In this document: positions 1-11,686 of the stretch, piece by piece | Numbering within the stretch: the first letter of the stretch is position 1 | Layout: each line of letters opens with the position of its first letter | Position numbers and translations under genes: made by a program | Assembly: GCF_018977255.1 (NCBI RefSeq) | Contig: NW_024705541.1 | Span: 1 to 35,727 of the forward strand | Reading direction: 5' to 3' | DNA from: Callorhinchus milii | Lineage: Eukaryota | Length of the DNA: 35,727 bases | Notes under the pieces: generated by a model | Told to the model about the DNA's origin: nothing | Databases searched by the model: none | What the model saw: only the letters and a program-made list of their open reading frames with translations

Positions 1-377
1 TTAAAAGCTAATAAAATTACAGCACTTACCATAAATAAACACAATCAAATCTCTCAAATACTTTTATTGCTTCTTCTGTTATCTCTAGGCGGGCTACCCC
101 ACTAACAGGGTTTACTAATAAACTTCTAGCATCAATTGAACTAGCCAACCAAAACCTTGCCATTTACTTATTCATAATAATAATAGGCTCATTACTAAGT
201 CTATTTTTTTATACTCGAATATGCTATCTATCAATCATTTTATCGCCCCCATGTCCAACAACAAATCTTATTCTTTGGCGTATAACCCAAAATAAGCCTA
301 TAACTATCCTGACTATATTATCAACTAATCTATTTATTTTAACACCTCAATTAATGGCAATCTTTATTATACACTAG
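1..377 (+). CDS. ND2: NADH dehydrogenase subunit 2, 3' part (partial)
   Basis: [13 protein letters not shown] motif; ends ATA CAC TAG; matches the 3' end of 15558-16601. Confidence 0.95.
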
Positions 378-443
378 AAATTTAAGTTATATAGACTCTA
401 AGCCTTCAAAGCTTACAGTAAGGGAGACTACCCTTAATTTCTG
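376..443 (+). tRNA. trnW: tRNA-Trp (TCA)
   Basis: Anticodon arm taagc-cttcaaa-gctta; position after ND2. Confidence 0.9.
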
Positions 444-445
444 AC

Positions 446-514
446 TAAAATTTGCAAGATATACTCACATCTTCTGAACGCAAATCAGATGCTTTATATT
501 AAGCTAAAATTTTT
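446..514 (-). tRNA. trnA: tRNA-Ala (TGC)
   Basis: Minus-strand anticodon arm tctga-tttgcgt-tcaga; WANCY position. Confidence 0.88.
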
Positions 515-515
515 A

Positions 516-584
516 CTAGACCAGCAAGTGTTATCCTTACAAACTCTTAGTTAACAGCTAAGTGCTAATTTTAGCTTTGATCTA
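516..584 (-). tRNA. trnN: tRNA-Asn (GTT)
   Basis: Minus-strand ttag-ctgttaa-ctaa arm; WANCY position. Confidence 0.88.
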
Positions 585-585
585 T

Positions 586-652
586 AGGCCCCAACAGGAT
601 TTCCTTCTGTATCTTCAGATTTGCAATCTAATGTGAACTTCACCACAGGGCC
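586..652 (-). tRNA. trnC: tRNA-Cys (GCA)
   Basis: Minus-strand aga-ttgcaaa-tct arm; WANCY position. Confidence 0.88.
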
Positions 653-657
653 AATAT

Positions 658-728
658 TGGCAGGAAGAGAAATCAAATCTCTGTAAGCGGGTCTACAGCC
701 CACCGCCTAAACATTCGGCCATCCTACC
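658..728 (-). tRNA. trnY: tRNA-Tyr (GTA)
   Basis: Minus-strand ggg-ctgtaga-ccc arm; immediately upstream of COX1. Confidence 0.88.
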
Positions 729-729
729 A

Positions 730-2270
<1,541 letters not shown>

Positions 2271-2280
<10 letters not shown>

Positions 2281-2341
2281 GGATTCGAACCCCCCTACGC
2301 TGGTTTCAAGCCAGATGCATAACCATATCTGCCACTTTCTT
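2271..2341 (-). tRNA. trnS: tRNA-Ser(UCN) (TGA)
   Basis: Plus-strand tggtttcaagcca and ttcgaacc; overlaps the COX1 end by 10 nt. Confidence 0.88.
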
Positions 2342-2410
2342 AAGATACTAGTAAAATTATTACACTACCTTGTCAAGGTAATATTATGAGCCTTATACTC
2401 ATGTATCTTG
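2342..2410 (+). tRNA. trnD: tRNA-Asp (GTC)
   Basis: tacc-ttgtcaa-ggta arm; aagatac/gtatctt acceptor. Confidence 0.9.
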
Positions 2411-2413
2411 CTT

Positions 2414-3112
2414 ATGGCACAGCAAGCTCAACTAGGACTTCAAGATGCAGCCTCCCCTATTATAGAAGAACTCATTCATTTTCATGATCATACTCTAACA
2501 GTTGTATTCTTAATTAGTGTACTAATTTTTTATCTTATTATTTTAATGGTTTCCACCCGATTTACAAATAAACACTCCCTCGACTCTCAAGAAGTAGAAA
2601 TTGTATGAACAGTTATACCAGCCATTGTTCTTATTATAATTGCTCTTCCGTCCCTGCGTATTCTTTATCTCACCGATGAGATCAGTGACCCACATTTAAC
2701 CATTAAAGCAGTTGGACACCAATGATACTGATCCTATGAATACACTGATTATAATCAGATAGAATTCGACTCTTATATGACACCAACCAATGAACTAGAG
2801 CCAGGAGGAATCCGTCTTCTGGACGTAGACCATCGCATCGTAGTGCCAATAGAATCCCCTATTCGCATGTTAATTACATCAGAAGATGTAATCCACTCAT
2901 GAACGATCCCGTCTTTGGGTACTAAAGTAGATGCAGTCCCAGGCCGATTAAATCAAGCAACATTCATTACAATTCGACCAGGCCTATATTTTGGTCAATG
3001 CTCAGAAATCTGCGGTGCAAATCATAGTTTTATGCCAATCGCACTAGAAGCTGTCCCTCTATCATATTTCGAACATTGAACAAGTTGATCTAATGATATC
3101 TTAATCTCTTAA
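2414..3112 (+). CDS. COX2: Cytochrome c oxidase subunit II
   Basis: [15 protein letters not shown] start, GHQWYWSYEY, CuA motif [17 protein letters not shown] stop; 699 nt intact. Confidence 0.96.
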
Positions 3113-3124
3113 TATATATACTGT

Positions 3125-3191
3125 CACTAAGAAGCTAACTTAGCATCAGCCTTTTAAGCTGAAGATGGGTGAATATATTTTCCCTTAGTGA
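3125..3191 (+). tRNA. trnK: tRNA-Lys (TTT)
   Basis: tcagc-cttttaa-gctga arm; cactaag/cttagtg acceptor. Confidence 0.9.
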
Positions 3192-3192
3192 T

Positions 3193-3350
<158 letters not shown>

Positions 3351-3360
<10 letters not shown>

Positions 3361-4064
3361 CAATTTTTGACCAATTTAACTCCCCAACCATATTTGGGCT
3401 CCCTTTAGCCTGACTAGCTATACTAATTCCTAGTATTTTACTAATATTACAAACACCTAATTTTATTAAATCTCGCTACCACACACTACTCATGCCCACA
3501 CTGATAACTATTACTAAACAACTATTCACCCCAATCAATACACAAGGACATAAATGAGCCCTAATCTGCATAGCCTCCATAATATTTATCTTAATAATTA
3601 ACCTTCTAGGACTATTACCATATACCTACACACCTACCACCCAGCTATCAATAAATATAGGATTAGCAGTACCAATATGATTAGCTACTGTTCTTATTGG
3701 ATTACAAAAGAAACCAACAGAAGCCCTAGCCCATTTATTACCAGAAGGCACCCCAATCGCACTCATCCCCATGCTAGTTATTATCGAAACTATTAGTCTT
3801 TTCATTCGACCTATTGCCCTGGGGGTCCGACTAACTGCTAATTTAACAGCTGGACATCTACTTATTCAACTAATTTCTATCACCACTTTTACAGTCATAC
3901 CAATAATCTCACTTACACTAGCCACTTCATTACTTCTCTTCCTTTTAACTATTCTAGAGTTAGCTGTTGCTATAATCCAAGCATATGTCTTTATTCTGCT
4001 TTTAACCCTTTATCTTCAAGAAAACGTCTATGTCCCACCAAGCTCACGCATACCACATGGTAGA
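3351..4064 (+). CDS. ATP6: ATP synthase F0 subunit 6 (first full stop AGA at 4062-4064; alternative incomplete stop T at 4029)
   Basis: MTLAIFDQF start; [20 protein letters not shown] and LELAVAMIQAYVF motifs. Confidence 0.93.
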
Positions 4065-4815
4065 CCCAAGCCCCTGACCCCTAACCGGTGCTGGTGCCGC
4101 ACTATTAATAACCTCTGGCCTAGCCATATGATTCCATAAAAATTCTTGTATCTTAATAACACTTGGTCTGATTCTGATGCTTCTTACAATATATCAATGA
4201 TGACGAGATGTTGTTCGAGAAGGCACCTACCTAGGTCACCATACTTCTCCAGTTCAACAAGGCCTCCGCTACGGAATAATTTTATTTATTATCTCAGAAG
4301 TCTGTTTTTTCGCAGGCTTTTTCTGAGCCTTCTATCACGCCAGCCTAGCACCAACTCTAGAACTTGGTCTAACATGACCCCCAACAGGAATTAACCCGCT
4401 GAACCCGTTTGAAGTACCACTATTAAATACCGCAGTTCTACTTGCCTCAGGAGTATCCGTAACCTGGGCCCACCATAGCATCACCGAAAAAAATCGAACA
4501 GAAACTACTCAAGCCCTAGCCTTAACAGTTCTGCTTGGGCTTTACTTTACAGCCCTTCAAGTTATAGAATACTATGAAACCCCATTCACAATAGCAGACA
4601 GCGTGTACGGCTCCACTTTTTTTGTTGCAACAGGCTTCCACGGTCTACATGTAATTATTGGCTCCCTATTTCTACTTACATGCCTAGTACGACACCTACA
4701 ATACCATTTTACCTCTAAGCACCACTTCGGCTTCGAAGCCGCTGCTTGATATTGACATTTTGTAGATGTCGTTTGACTATTTTTATATATCTCCATCTAC
4801 TGATGAGGCTCTTAA
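4030..4815 (+). CDS. COX3: Cytochrome c oxidase subunit III
   Basis: [17 protein letters not shown] start, [30 protein letters not shown]; 786 nt. Confidence 0.96.
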
Positions 4816-4823
4816 CCTAACCT

Positions 4824-4892
4824 GCCTTTTTAATACACTTAATATAGTTGGCCTCCAACCAACCAAACCTGGTATAAGTCCAGGAAAAGGCA
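4824..4892 (+). tRNA. trnG: tRNA-Gly (TCC)
   Basis: gttgg-cctccaa-ccaac arm; between COX3 and ND3. Confidence 0.88.
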
Positions 4893-4893
4893 T

Positions 4894-5244
4894 ATGAACT
4901 CCTTCATAATTATAATCACCCTAACTTTAACTCTGTCATCTATTCTAGCCCTACTAGCATTTTGACTGCCAATCATAAAACCAGATAGTGAAAAACTATC
5001 CCCCTACGAATGCGGCTTCGACCCACAAGGATCTGCCCGCCTACCCTTTTCCCTTCGATTCTTCCTGGTAGCCATTCTATTTTTACTATTTGACTTAGAA
5101 ATTGCCCTTCTTCTCCCATCTCCATGAGCAACAAATATTTCTCACCCAGAACTCACCCTTCTTTGGGCCTCCCTCTTTGTTATTCTTCTTACATTAGGCC
5201 TAATCTATGAATGACTTCAAGGAGGACTTGACTGAGCAGAATAA
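4894..5244 (+). CDS. ND3: NADH dehydrogenase subunit 3
   Basis: [38 protein letters not shown]; 351 nt. Confidence 0.95.
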
Positions 5245-5249
5245 GTTAT

Positions 5250-5315
5250 TGGGGTTTAGTCTAATTAAGACAATTGATTTCGGCTCAATTAATCCTGAAC
5301 TTTCAGGAACACCTA
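5250..5315 (+). tRNA. trnR: tRNA-Arg (TCG)
   Basis: attga-tttcggc-tcaat arm. Confidence 0.87.
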
Positions 5316-5322
5316 CTCTCAC

Positions 5323-5613
5323 ATGCCCCTGACATTAATTTTTACATCTTTCTTCCTAGCCCTAGTAGGCCTATCCCTGCAACGAAAACATCTTCTTTCA
5401 CTTTTACTTACCTTAGAAAGCATAGCCCTAGCACTGTATGTCTCTACAGCACTATGAGCCTTAAACAACACATCACTTCCAATAATAGCGGCGCCACTTA
5501 TTATTTTAACCTTCTCGGCCTGTGAAGCAGGCATAGGACTATCTTTAATAATCGCAACAGCTCGTACTCATAACACTGACCAATTAAAAGCCCTTAATCT
5601 GTTAAAATGCTAA
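5323..5613 (+). CDS. ND4L: NADH dehydrogenase subunit 4L
   Basis: [11 protein letters not shown] start, FSACEAGMGL, LNLLKC-TAA; 291 nt; 7-nt overlap with ND4. Confidence 0.93.
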
Positions 5614-6981
5614 AACTTATTATCCCCTCAATTATACTAATTCCAATAACCTTTTTAATTAACAAAAAAAGCACACTATGAACTGCTACAACCTTCTTCA
5701 GCTTTTTAATTGCAACTTTGACAACACTCACATTGAACATAGACATAAATGAACATAATTCAACCAACTCCATACTAAGCATTGACCAATTTTCATGCCC
5801 ACTGATCATATTATCTTGTTGACTACTCCCATTAACCATCATAGCTAGCCAAGCACACATAAAAACTGAACCAATTACACGACAAAAAACAATAATCTCT
5901 CTACTTATTCTTCTTCAAATCCTTTTATGTATTACTTTTGGGGCCTCCAATCTGCTAATATTTTATATTGCCTTTGAAACTACCTTAATCCCAACTCTTT
6001 TAATTATTACCCGCTGAGGGAACCAAAAAGAACGACTCACAGCAGGCTTATACTTCCTTTTCTATACTCTATCTGCCTCTCTCCCCTACTTCTTGCCCTC
6101 ATTATAATTCAAACCCACTTAAACTCGCTATCAACCTATATTATTCCACTTTCAGATCTATCACTGCTATCAAACACACCATGATCTGAAGCCTTATGAT
6201 GAGTTGCTTGCTTTTTAGCCTTTTTAATTAAAATACCTCTTTATATTTTCCACTTATGACTACCAAAAGCCCACGTAGAAGCTCCAATTGCAGGCTCTAT
6301 AATCTTAGCCGCGATTCTATTAAAGCTAGGAGGCTACGGTATAATTCGTATATCATCATTATTTATCCCATTAACTAAAGACCTAGCCACTCCTTTTATA
6401 ATTATTGCCATATGGGGAATAATCGTAACTAGTTCAATCTGTTTACGACAAACAGACCTAAATCTATAATTGCCTACTCATCTGTCAGCCACATAGGCCT
6501 AGTCGTAGCTGGAATTTTCACTATAACACCCTGAGCATGATCTGGAGCTCTTGCAATAATAATTGCACATGGACTGGTATCATCAGGCTTATTTTGTCTT
6601 GCTAATATTACTTATGAGCGCACTCACACACGTTCAATCTTTATAAACCGTGGGCTACAAGCCCTATTCCCTCTAATATCGTTCTGATGACTTATAATAA
6701 CATTTGCTAATATAGCCCTACCCCCATTCCCAAACTTTATAGCAGAAATTCTAATCATCACCTCCTTATTTAGCTGATCAAATTGAACTATTATTCTTCT
6801 AGGACTAAGCATAACATTAACTGCTCTATTCTCATTAAACATGCTTATTATAACTCAACACGAACATCCTAACAAACATGCACCAGTTAATCCTAGCACC
6901 ACCCGAGAACATCTACTGATACTTATACATATAGCCCCTGTTATTCTTCTTATCGCCAACCCAAGCGCCATTATAATTAGA
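5607..6981 (+). CDS. ND4: NADH dehydrogenase subunit 4, copy 1 (two 1-nt homopolymer deletions near 6085 and 6461)
   Basis: MLKLIIP start, [29 protein letters not shown] stop; 1375 nt versus 1377 in copy 2. Confidence 0.94.
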
Positions 6982-6982
6982 A

Positions 6983-7051
6983 GCAGACATAGTTTAAATA
7001 AAACATTAGATTGTGAGTCTAATAATGAAGGTTAAAACCCCTCTGCCTGCC
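6983..7051 (+). tRNA. trnH: tRNA-His (GTG)
   Basis: ttaga-ttgtgag-tctaa arm. Confidence 0.9.
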
Positions 7052-7120
7052 GAGAGGAGCAAGGCAGCACTAAGAACTGCTAATTCTTTCCCCCTGAGGT
7101 TCAACTCCACAGTCCTCTCG
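7052..7120 (+). tRNA. trnS: tRNA-Ser(AGY) (GCT)
   Basis: aagaa-ctgctaa-ttctt arm; gagagga/tcctctc acceptor; HSL cluster. Confidence 0.87.
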
Positions 7121-7121
7121 A

Positions 7122-7193
7122 GCTTCTAAAGGATAAGCAGAAATCCGCTGGCCTTAGGTGCCACCAATCTTGGTGCAAGTCCAAGTAGAAGCT
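7122..7193 (+). tRNA. trnL: tRNA-Leu(CUN) (TAG)
   Basis: TAG anticodon in ggccttaggtgcc; T-arm cttggtgcaagtccaag; upstream of ND5. Confidence 0.88.
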
Positions 7194-7194
7194 A

Positions 7195-8991
7195 ATGAAT
7201 TCCAATTATCTAACCTTAATTATAAACTCCGGAGCACTACTTACAATTATTATTCTTCTTACCCCTATCATTATACCAAAACCATCTATAATTCTTATAA
7301 CTAAATTAGTTAAAACCTCCATATTTATTAGCCTGATTCCATTAACTATTTACCTGAACGAAAACATAGAAACCACCCTCACACTAAAACCCTGAATAGA
7401 CTGAACCCTATTTAATATTGCCTTATCTTTTAAAATCGACAAATATACTGCTATTTTTACCCCAATTGCTTTAGTGATTACCTGAAGTATCATAGAATTC
7501 TCACAATGATATATAGAGAAAGACCGACTTGTAGACAAATTTTTTAAATATCTTCTTCTATTCTTAATTACAATAATCACCTTTATCTCTGCAAATAACC
7601 TTTTACAACTATTTATCGGCTGAGAAGGAGTAGGAATTATATCCTTCCTCCTAATTAGCTGGTGATCAGGTCGAACAAAAGCTAACATCTCTGCCCTCCA
7701 AGCAGTAGCCTACAACCGCATCGGAGATATTGGATTAATAATAAGTATAGTCTGAATATGCTCCAACACTAACTCCTGGGATTTACAACAAATTACTCTA
7801 CTTTTATCTGATCAACAATATATTATCCCAACACTAGGATTCTTAATCGCAGCCACAGGAAAGTCAGCTCAGTTCGGACTCCACCCCTGGCTTCCAGCTG
7901 CAATAGAAGGCCCCACACCTGTTTCAGCCTTACTTCACTCTAGTACCATAGTTGTTGCAGGAGTATTTCTTCTTATCCGACTCCACCCATTATTTCAAAA
8001 TTACCCCTTTATACTAGAAATAACCCTATGCCTTGGGGCAATAACCACCATTTTCGCAGCCCTTTGTGCGACAACACAAAATGACATCAAAAAAATCATT
8101 GCCTTTTCTACATCAAGCCAACTGGGCTTGATAATAGTAGCAATTGGCCTCAACCACCCCCACATTGCCTTTCTCCATATATGCACACATGCTTTTTTTA
8201 AAGCTATACTATTCTTATGCTCAGGAAGTATCATTCATAATATAAATAATGAACAAGACATTCGAAAATTTAGTTGTTTAAATAATAACCTCCCCCTAAC
8301 AACTTCTTGTATAACTATTGGATCCGCAGCATTAATAGGCCTACCGTTCCTAGCTGGCTTCTTCACAAAAGACCTTATCCTAGAGGCCTTAAACACCTCC
8401 TATACTAATGCCTGGGCCCTAATAGTTACTCTCCTAGCTGTAACATTAACAACTGCCTATAGCTCACGACTGATTATTATATCAGCCTCTGGCACACCAC
8501 GATATTTAGCCTTAACTCCTACACACGAAAATAACTTCATTAAAAATCCTCTAAAGCGTTTAGCCTGAGGTAGCATAATCTCAGGATTTATTCTTACAAG
8601 CACACTCCCGCCAATAAAACCTCAAATCTTTACAATACCATCCTATATTAAAACTATTGCTCTAATTATATTCATTATTAGCTTAGCGATCTCCATCGAA
8701 CTAACCAACAAAAAAATCAACCGAACTGCATTCTCCTTTTTTACTCAACTAGCATTTTACCCACACATTATTCATCGCTCCCTGTCCCGCCTATCTCTAA
8801 TATGAAGCCAAAAATTAATAACACAAGCCACAGATCTAACATGACTGGAAAAAATTGGGCCAAAAGGATTAGCTACCAACCAAATAAAACCCTCAACAAT
8901 ATTAACAGAAGCCCATCGCTTAAACTCCGCCACTCTACCATTAATAGCCTTTGCCCTAGCACTAATTACACTCAGCCTTACAGCTCGCAGG
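7195..8991 (+). CDS. ND5: NADH dehydrogenase subunit 5
   Basis: [56 protein letters not shown] stop; 1797 nt. Confidence 0.96.
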
Positions 8992-9492
8992 GCCCCGCGA
9001 TCCACCCCACGAACAACTACCAAAACAGAAAATAGACAAACTAATAAAGCCCACCCAGCCAGTATAAGAATAAACCCAACCTCATAAAAAGTTGTAACCC
9101 CCAACCACTCAGCCCCAAAAATCCCACCAGCATAATCTACCCCATCACAAGCTACGGAGGTGCTTAATAAAAAATTATTAAAATAAAAATAACCAGCGAA
9201 ACAAACACACAAAACACAAACTATAAAGAATCAAAACAACCGTCCCCAAGAATCTCAGGATAAGGATCAGCTGCTAAAGCAGCTGAATACACAAAAACTA
9301 CTATCATCCCCCGAGGTATAATAATACCAGGACTAAAGATAAAAAAGTACCACCATGGTATAAAATAACAAGGCACCCAGAAACAGCAACAAAAACCAAG
9401 CCTAAGGCAGAGAAATAAGGGGAAGGGCTTAAAACAACCACAGCTACCCCCAACAAAAACATTATAAAAAAACATAAAACAAAACTTAACAT
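8976..9492 (-). CDS. ND6: NADH dehydrogenase subunit 6, copy 1 (two apparent 1-nt deletions near 9245 and 9310)
   Basis: MLSFVLCFF start, SPSPYFSALGL, LLYLGG(M)..VFVYSAALAADPYPE, GALRAV-AGG; 16-nt overlap with ND5. Confidence 0.92.
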
Positions 9493-9973
9493 AAGCCCTA
9501 ATAAAACTACTACTTTTACGTTAGAGCGCTTCTAATAATCTTCCTCACCTATGCCTCTATGGCATAGGTATATATAATGACATAGGTATATGCCTCTATG
9601 GCATAGGTATATATAATGACATAGGTATATGCCTCTATGGCATAGGTATATATAATGACATAGGTACCTACTCCTCCAAATATCATTACAACTCATTGCA
9701 TAGGCTTATCCCAGGCTAAGGTACTCTTTTTATCACTCTTGGCATACAACTGCTAAGCTCGATTTCCCGAAGGGTATACAAGTATGTTTCACTGATAGCT
9801 CACATCCATCCAGGCATAGGGCATATATGATATACCTTTCCCAGCCTCAATAATCTCTCGTTCCCGCGGCTTCACGACAACCCCCTTACCCCCTTTGACC
9901 CCAAAGTTCATTGCTGCCGTCAACCCCCTTAGGAACCGGCGAACTTTTGGTCATTTTTACCTTAACTTATAAA
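9493..9973. promoter_or_regulatory. Major non-coding region NC1 (control region), between ND6 and trnT as in lampreys
   Basis: Non-coding; 39-nt tandem repeats; C-rich CSB-II/III-like blocks at 9878-9893 and 9915-9937. Confidence 0.88.
9550..9666 (+). repeat. Three tandem 39-nt repeats (tatgcctctatggcataggtatatataatgacataggta)
   Basis: Units read directly at 9550, 9589, 9628. Confidence 0.95.
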
Positions 9974-10044
9974 GCTTTGATAGCTAAATATAAAGCACTG
10001 GTCTTGTAAACCAGCGAATGAAGATGTAACCTCTTCTTAAAGCA
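9974..10044 (+). tRNA. trnT: tRNA-Thr (TGT)
   Basis: ctggt-cttgtaa-accag arm. Confidence 0.9.
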
Positions 10045-10045
10045 G

Positions 10046-10116
10046 CATTCTCATTAAGACTTTAACTTAAACCAGCGACTTGAAAAACCACCGTTGTAGA
10101 ATTCAACTATAAGAAC
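10046..10116 (-). tRNA. trnE: tRNA-Glu (TTC)
   Basis: Plus-strand gacttgaaaaaccaccgttgta..ttcaacta, the typical vertebrate trnE signature. Confidence 0.88.
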
Positions 10117-10343
10117 TAGCAATCACAAATTTTTAATTGTAATTTTAAAATTTCTTTTTAATTAAAATTTTAATTGTAATTTAAATTTTTTTTAATTGTA
10201 ATTTTAAAATTTCTTTTTTAATTGTAATTTTAAAATTTCTTTTTTAATTGTAATTTTAAAATTTTTTTTAATTGTAATTTTAAAATTTTTTTTTTAATTG
10301 TAATTTTAAAATTTTTTTTTTTAATTTTAAAATGTTATCTATT
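10117..10343. repeat. Second non-coding region NC2: AT-rich ~26-nt tandem repeat (aattgtaattttaaaatttctttttt)
   Basis: Seven aattgtaat cores between 10135 and 10304, lying between trnE and CYTB. Confidence 0.92.
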
Positions 10344-11534
10344 ATGTCCCACCCACCAAATATTATTCGAAAAACCCACCCACTCCTATCGCTAGGTAAT
10401 AGCATGTTAGTTGATCTTCCTTCTCCTGCTAACATCTCAGCCTGATGAAATTTTGGTTCACTATTGAGCCTGTGTTTAATCTTACAAATTATTACAGGGC
10501 TAATTCTTGCAATACACTATACTGCTAACACTGAACTAGCCTTCTCTTCAGTTATACACATCTGTCGTGATGTTAACAACGGATGGCTTATACGAAATCT
10601 TCATGCCAACGGCGCCTCTATGTTCTTTATTTGTATTTATGCTCACATCGGGCGAGGAATCTACTACGGCTCTTATTTATATAAAGAAACATGAAATGTT
10701 GGAGTCATTTTATTTGCATTAACTGCAGCTACTGCTTTCGTTGGTTATGTACTCCCATGAGGACAAATATCCTTCTGAGGGGCAACCGTTATTACAAATT
10801 TAATTTCAGCAGTGCCTTATGTAGGAGATGATATTGTAGTATGATTATGAGGGGGCTTCTCAGTATCAAACGCCACCTTAACCCGGTTTTTTACCTTTCA
10901 TTTTATTTTGCCATTTATTTTAGCAGCAATAACTATAATTCATATCATATTCCTTCATCAAACAGGGTCTAGTAACCCACTAGGAATTAACTCTAATTTG
11001 GATAAAATTCAATTTCACCCTTACTTCTCTTTCAAAGACATTTTAGGCTTTGTTATTTTACTCGGGGTTCTTTTTATAATCTCCCTTTTAGCCCCCAATG
11101 CATTAGGTGAACCAGACAATTTTATTTACGCCAATCCTCTTAGTACTCCACCTCATATTAAACCAGAGTGATACTTCCTGTTTGCCTATGCGATTCTACG
11201 CTCTATTCCTAATAAATTAGGAGGAGTTGTAGCTTTAGCAGCAGCCATCATAATCCTCCTGGTCATTCCCTTTACCCACACCTCTAAACAACGAGGCATC
11301 CAATTTCGTCCGCTTGCCCAAGTTACATTTTGAATTCTAATTGCTGATCTAGCGTTACTCACTTGACTAGGGGGAGAGCCAGCTGAGTACCCATTTATTT
11401 TAATAACACAAATTGCATCAACAGTATACTTTATAATTTTTATTTTAATCTTCCCAATTTTAGGCCGCCTAGAAGACAAGTTAATTATCATTTCAAAACA
11501 CCCAGGTAAATTCAACTGAAATTTAATATACAGA
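10344..11534 (+). CDS. CYTB: Cytochrome b
   Basis: [15 protein letters not shown] start, [44 protein letters not shown] stop; 1191 nt. Confidence 0.97.
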
Positions 11535-11538
11535 TTTC

Positions 11539-11609
11539 TCAAAGGAAGGGGATTAAAACCCCTGTATCTAGCTCCCAAAGCTAGTATCTTAATATTAAAT
11601 TATCCTCTG
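11539..11609 (-). tRNA. trnP: tRNA-Pro (TGG)
   Basis: Plus-strand ctagctcccaaagctag. Confidence 0.88.
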
Positions 11610-11619
11610 ATTTTTAAAC

Positions 11620-11686
11620 GTCAAGAGTAGCTTAACATTAAAGCAGAGCACTGAAGCTGCTCAGATGGTTTTAGAACCCCTTGACA
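11620..11686 (+). tRNA. trnF: tRNA-Phe (GAA)
   Basis: gagca-ctgaagc-tgctc arm; directly before 12S. Confidence 0.87.

Noticed and set aside
9550..10330. NC1 and NC2 repeats as a CRISPR-like array
   Set aside because: The units are directly adjacent with no unique spacers and no cas genes, in an animal mitochondrial context.
10344..11534. Species-level identification
   Set aside because: Gene order and proteins support a northern-hemisphere-type lamprey, but I cannot assign genus or species without a database search.
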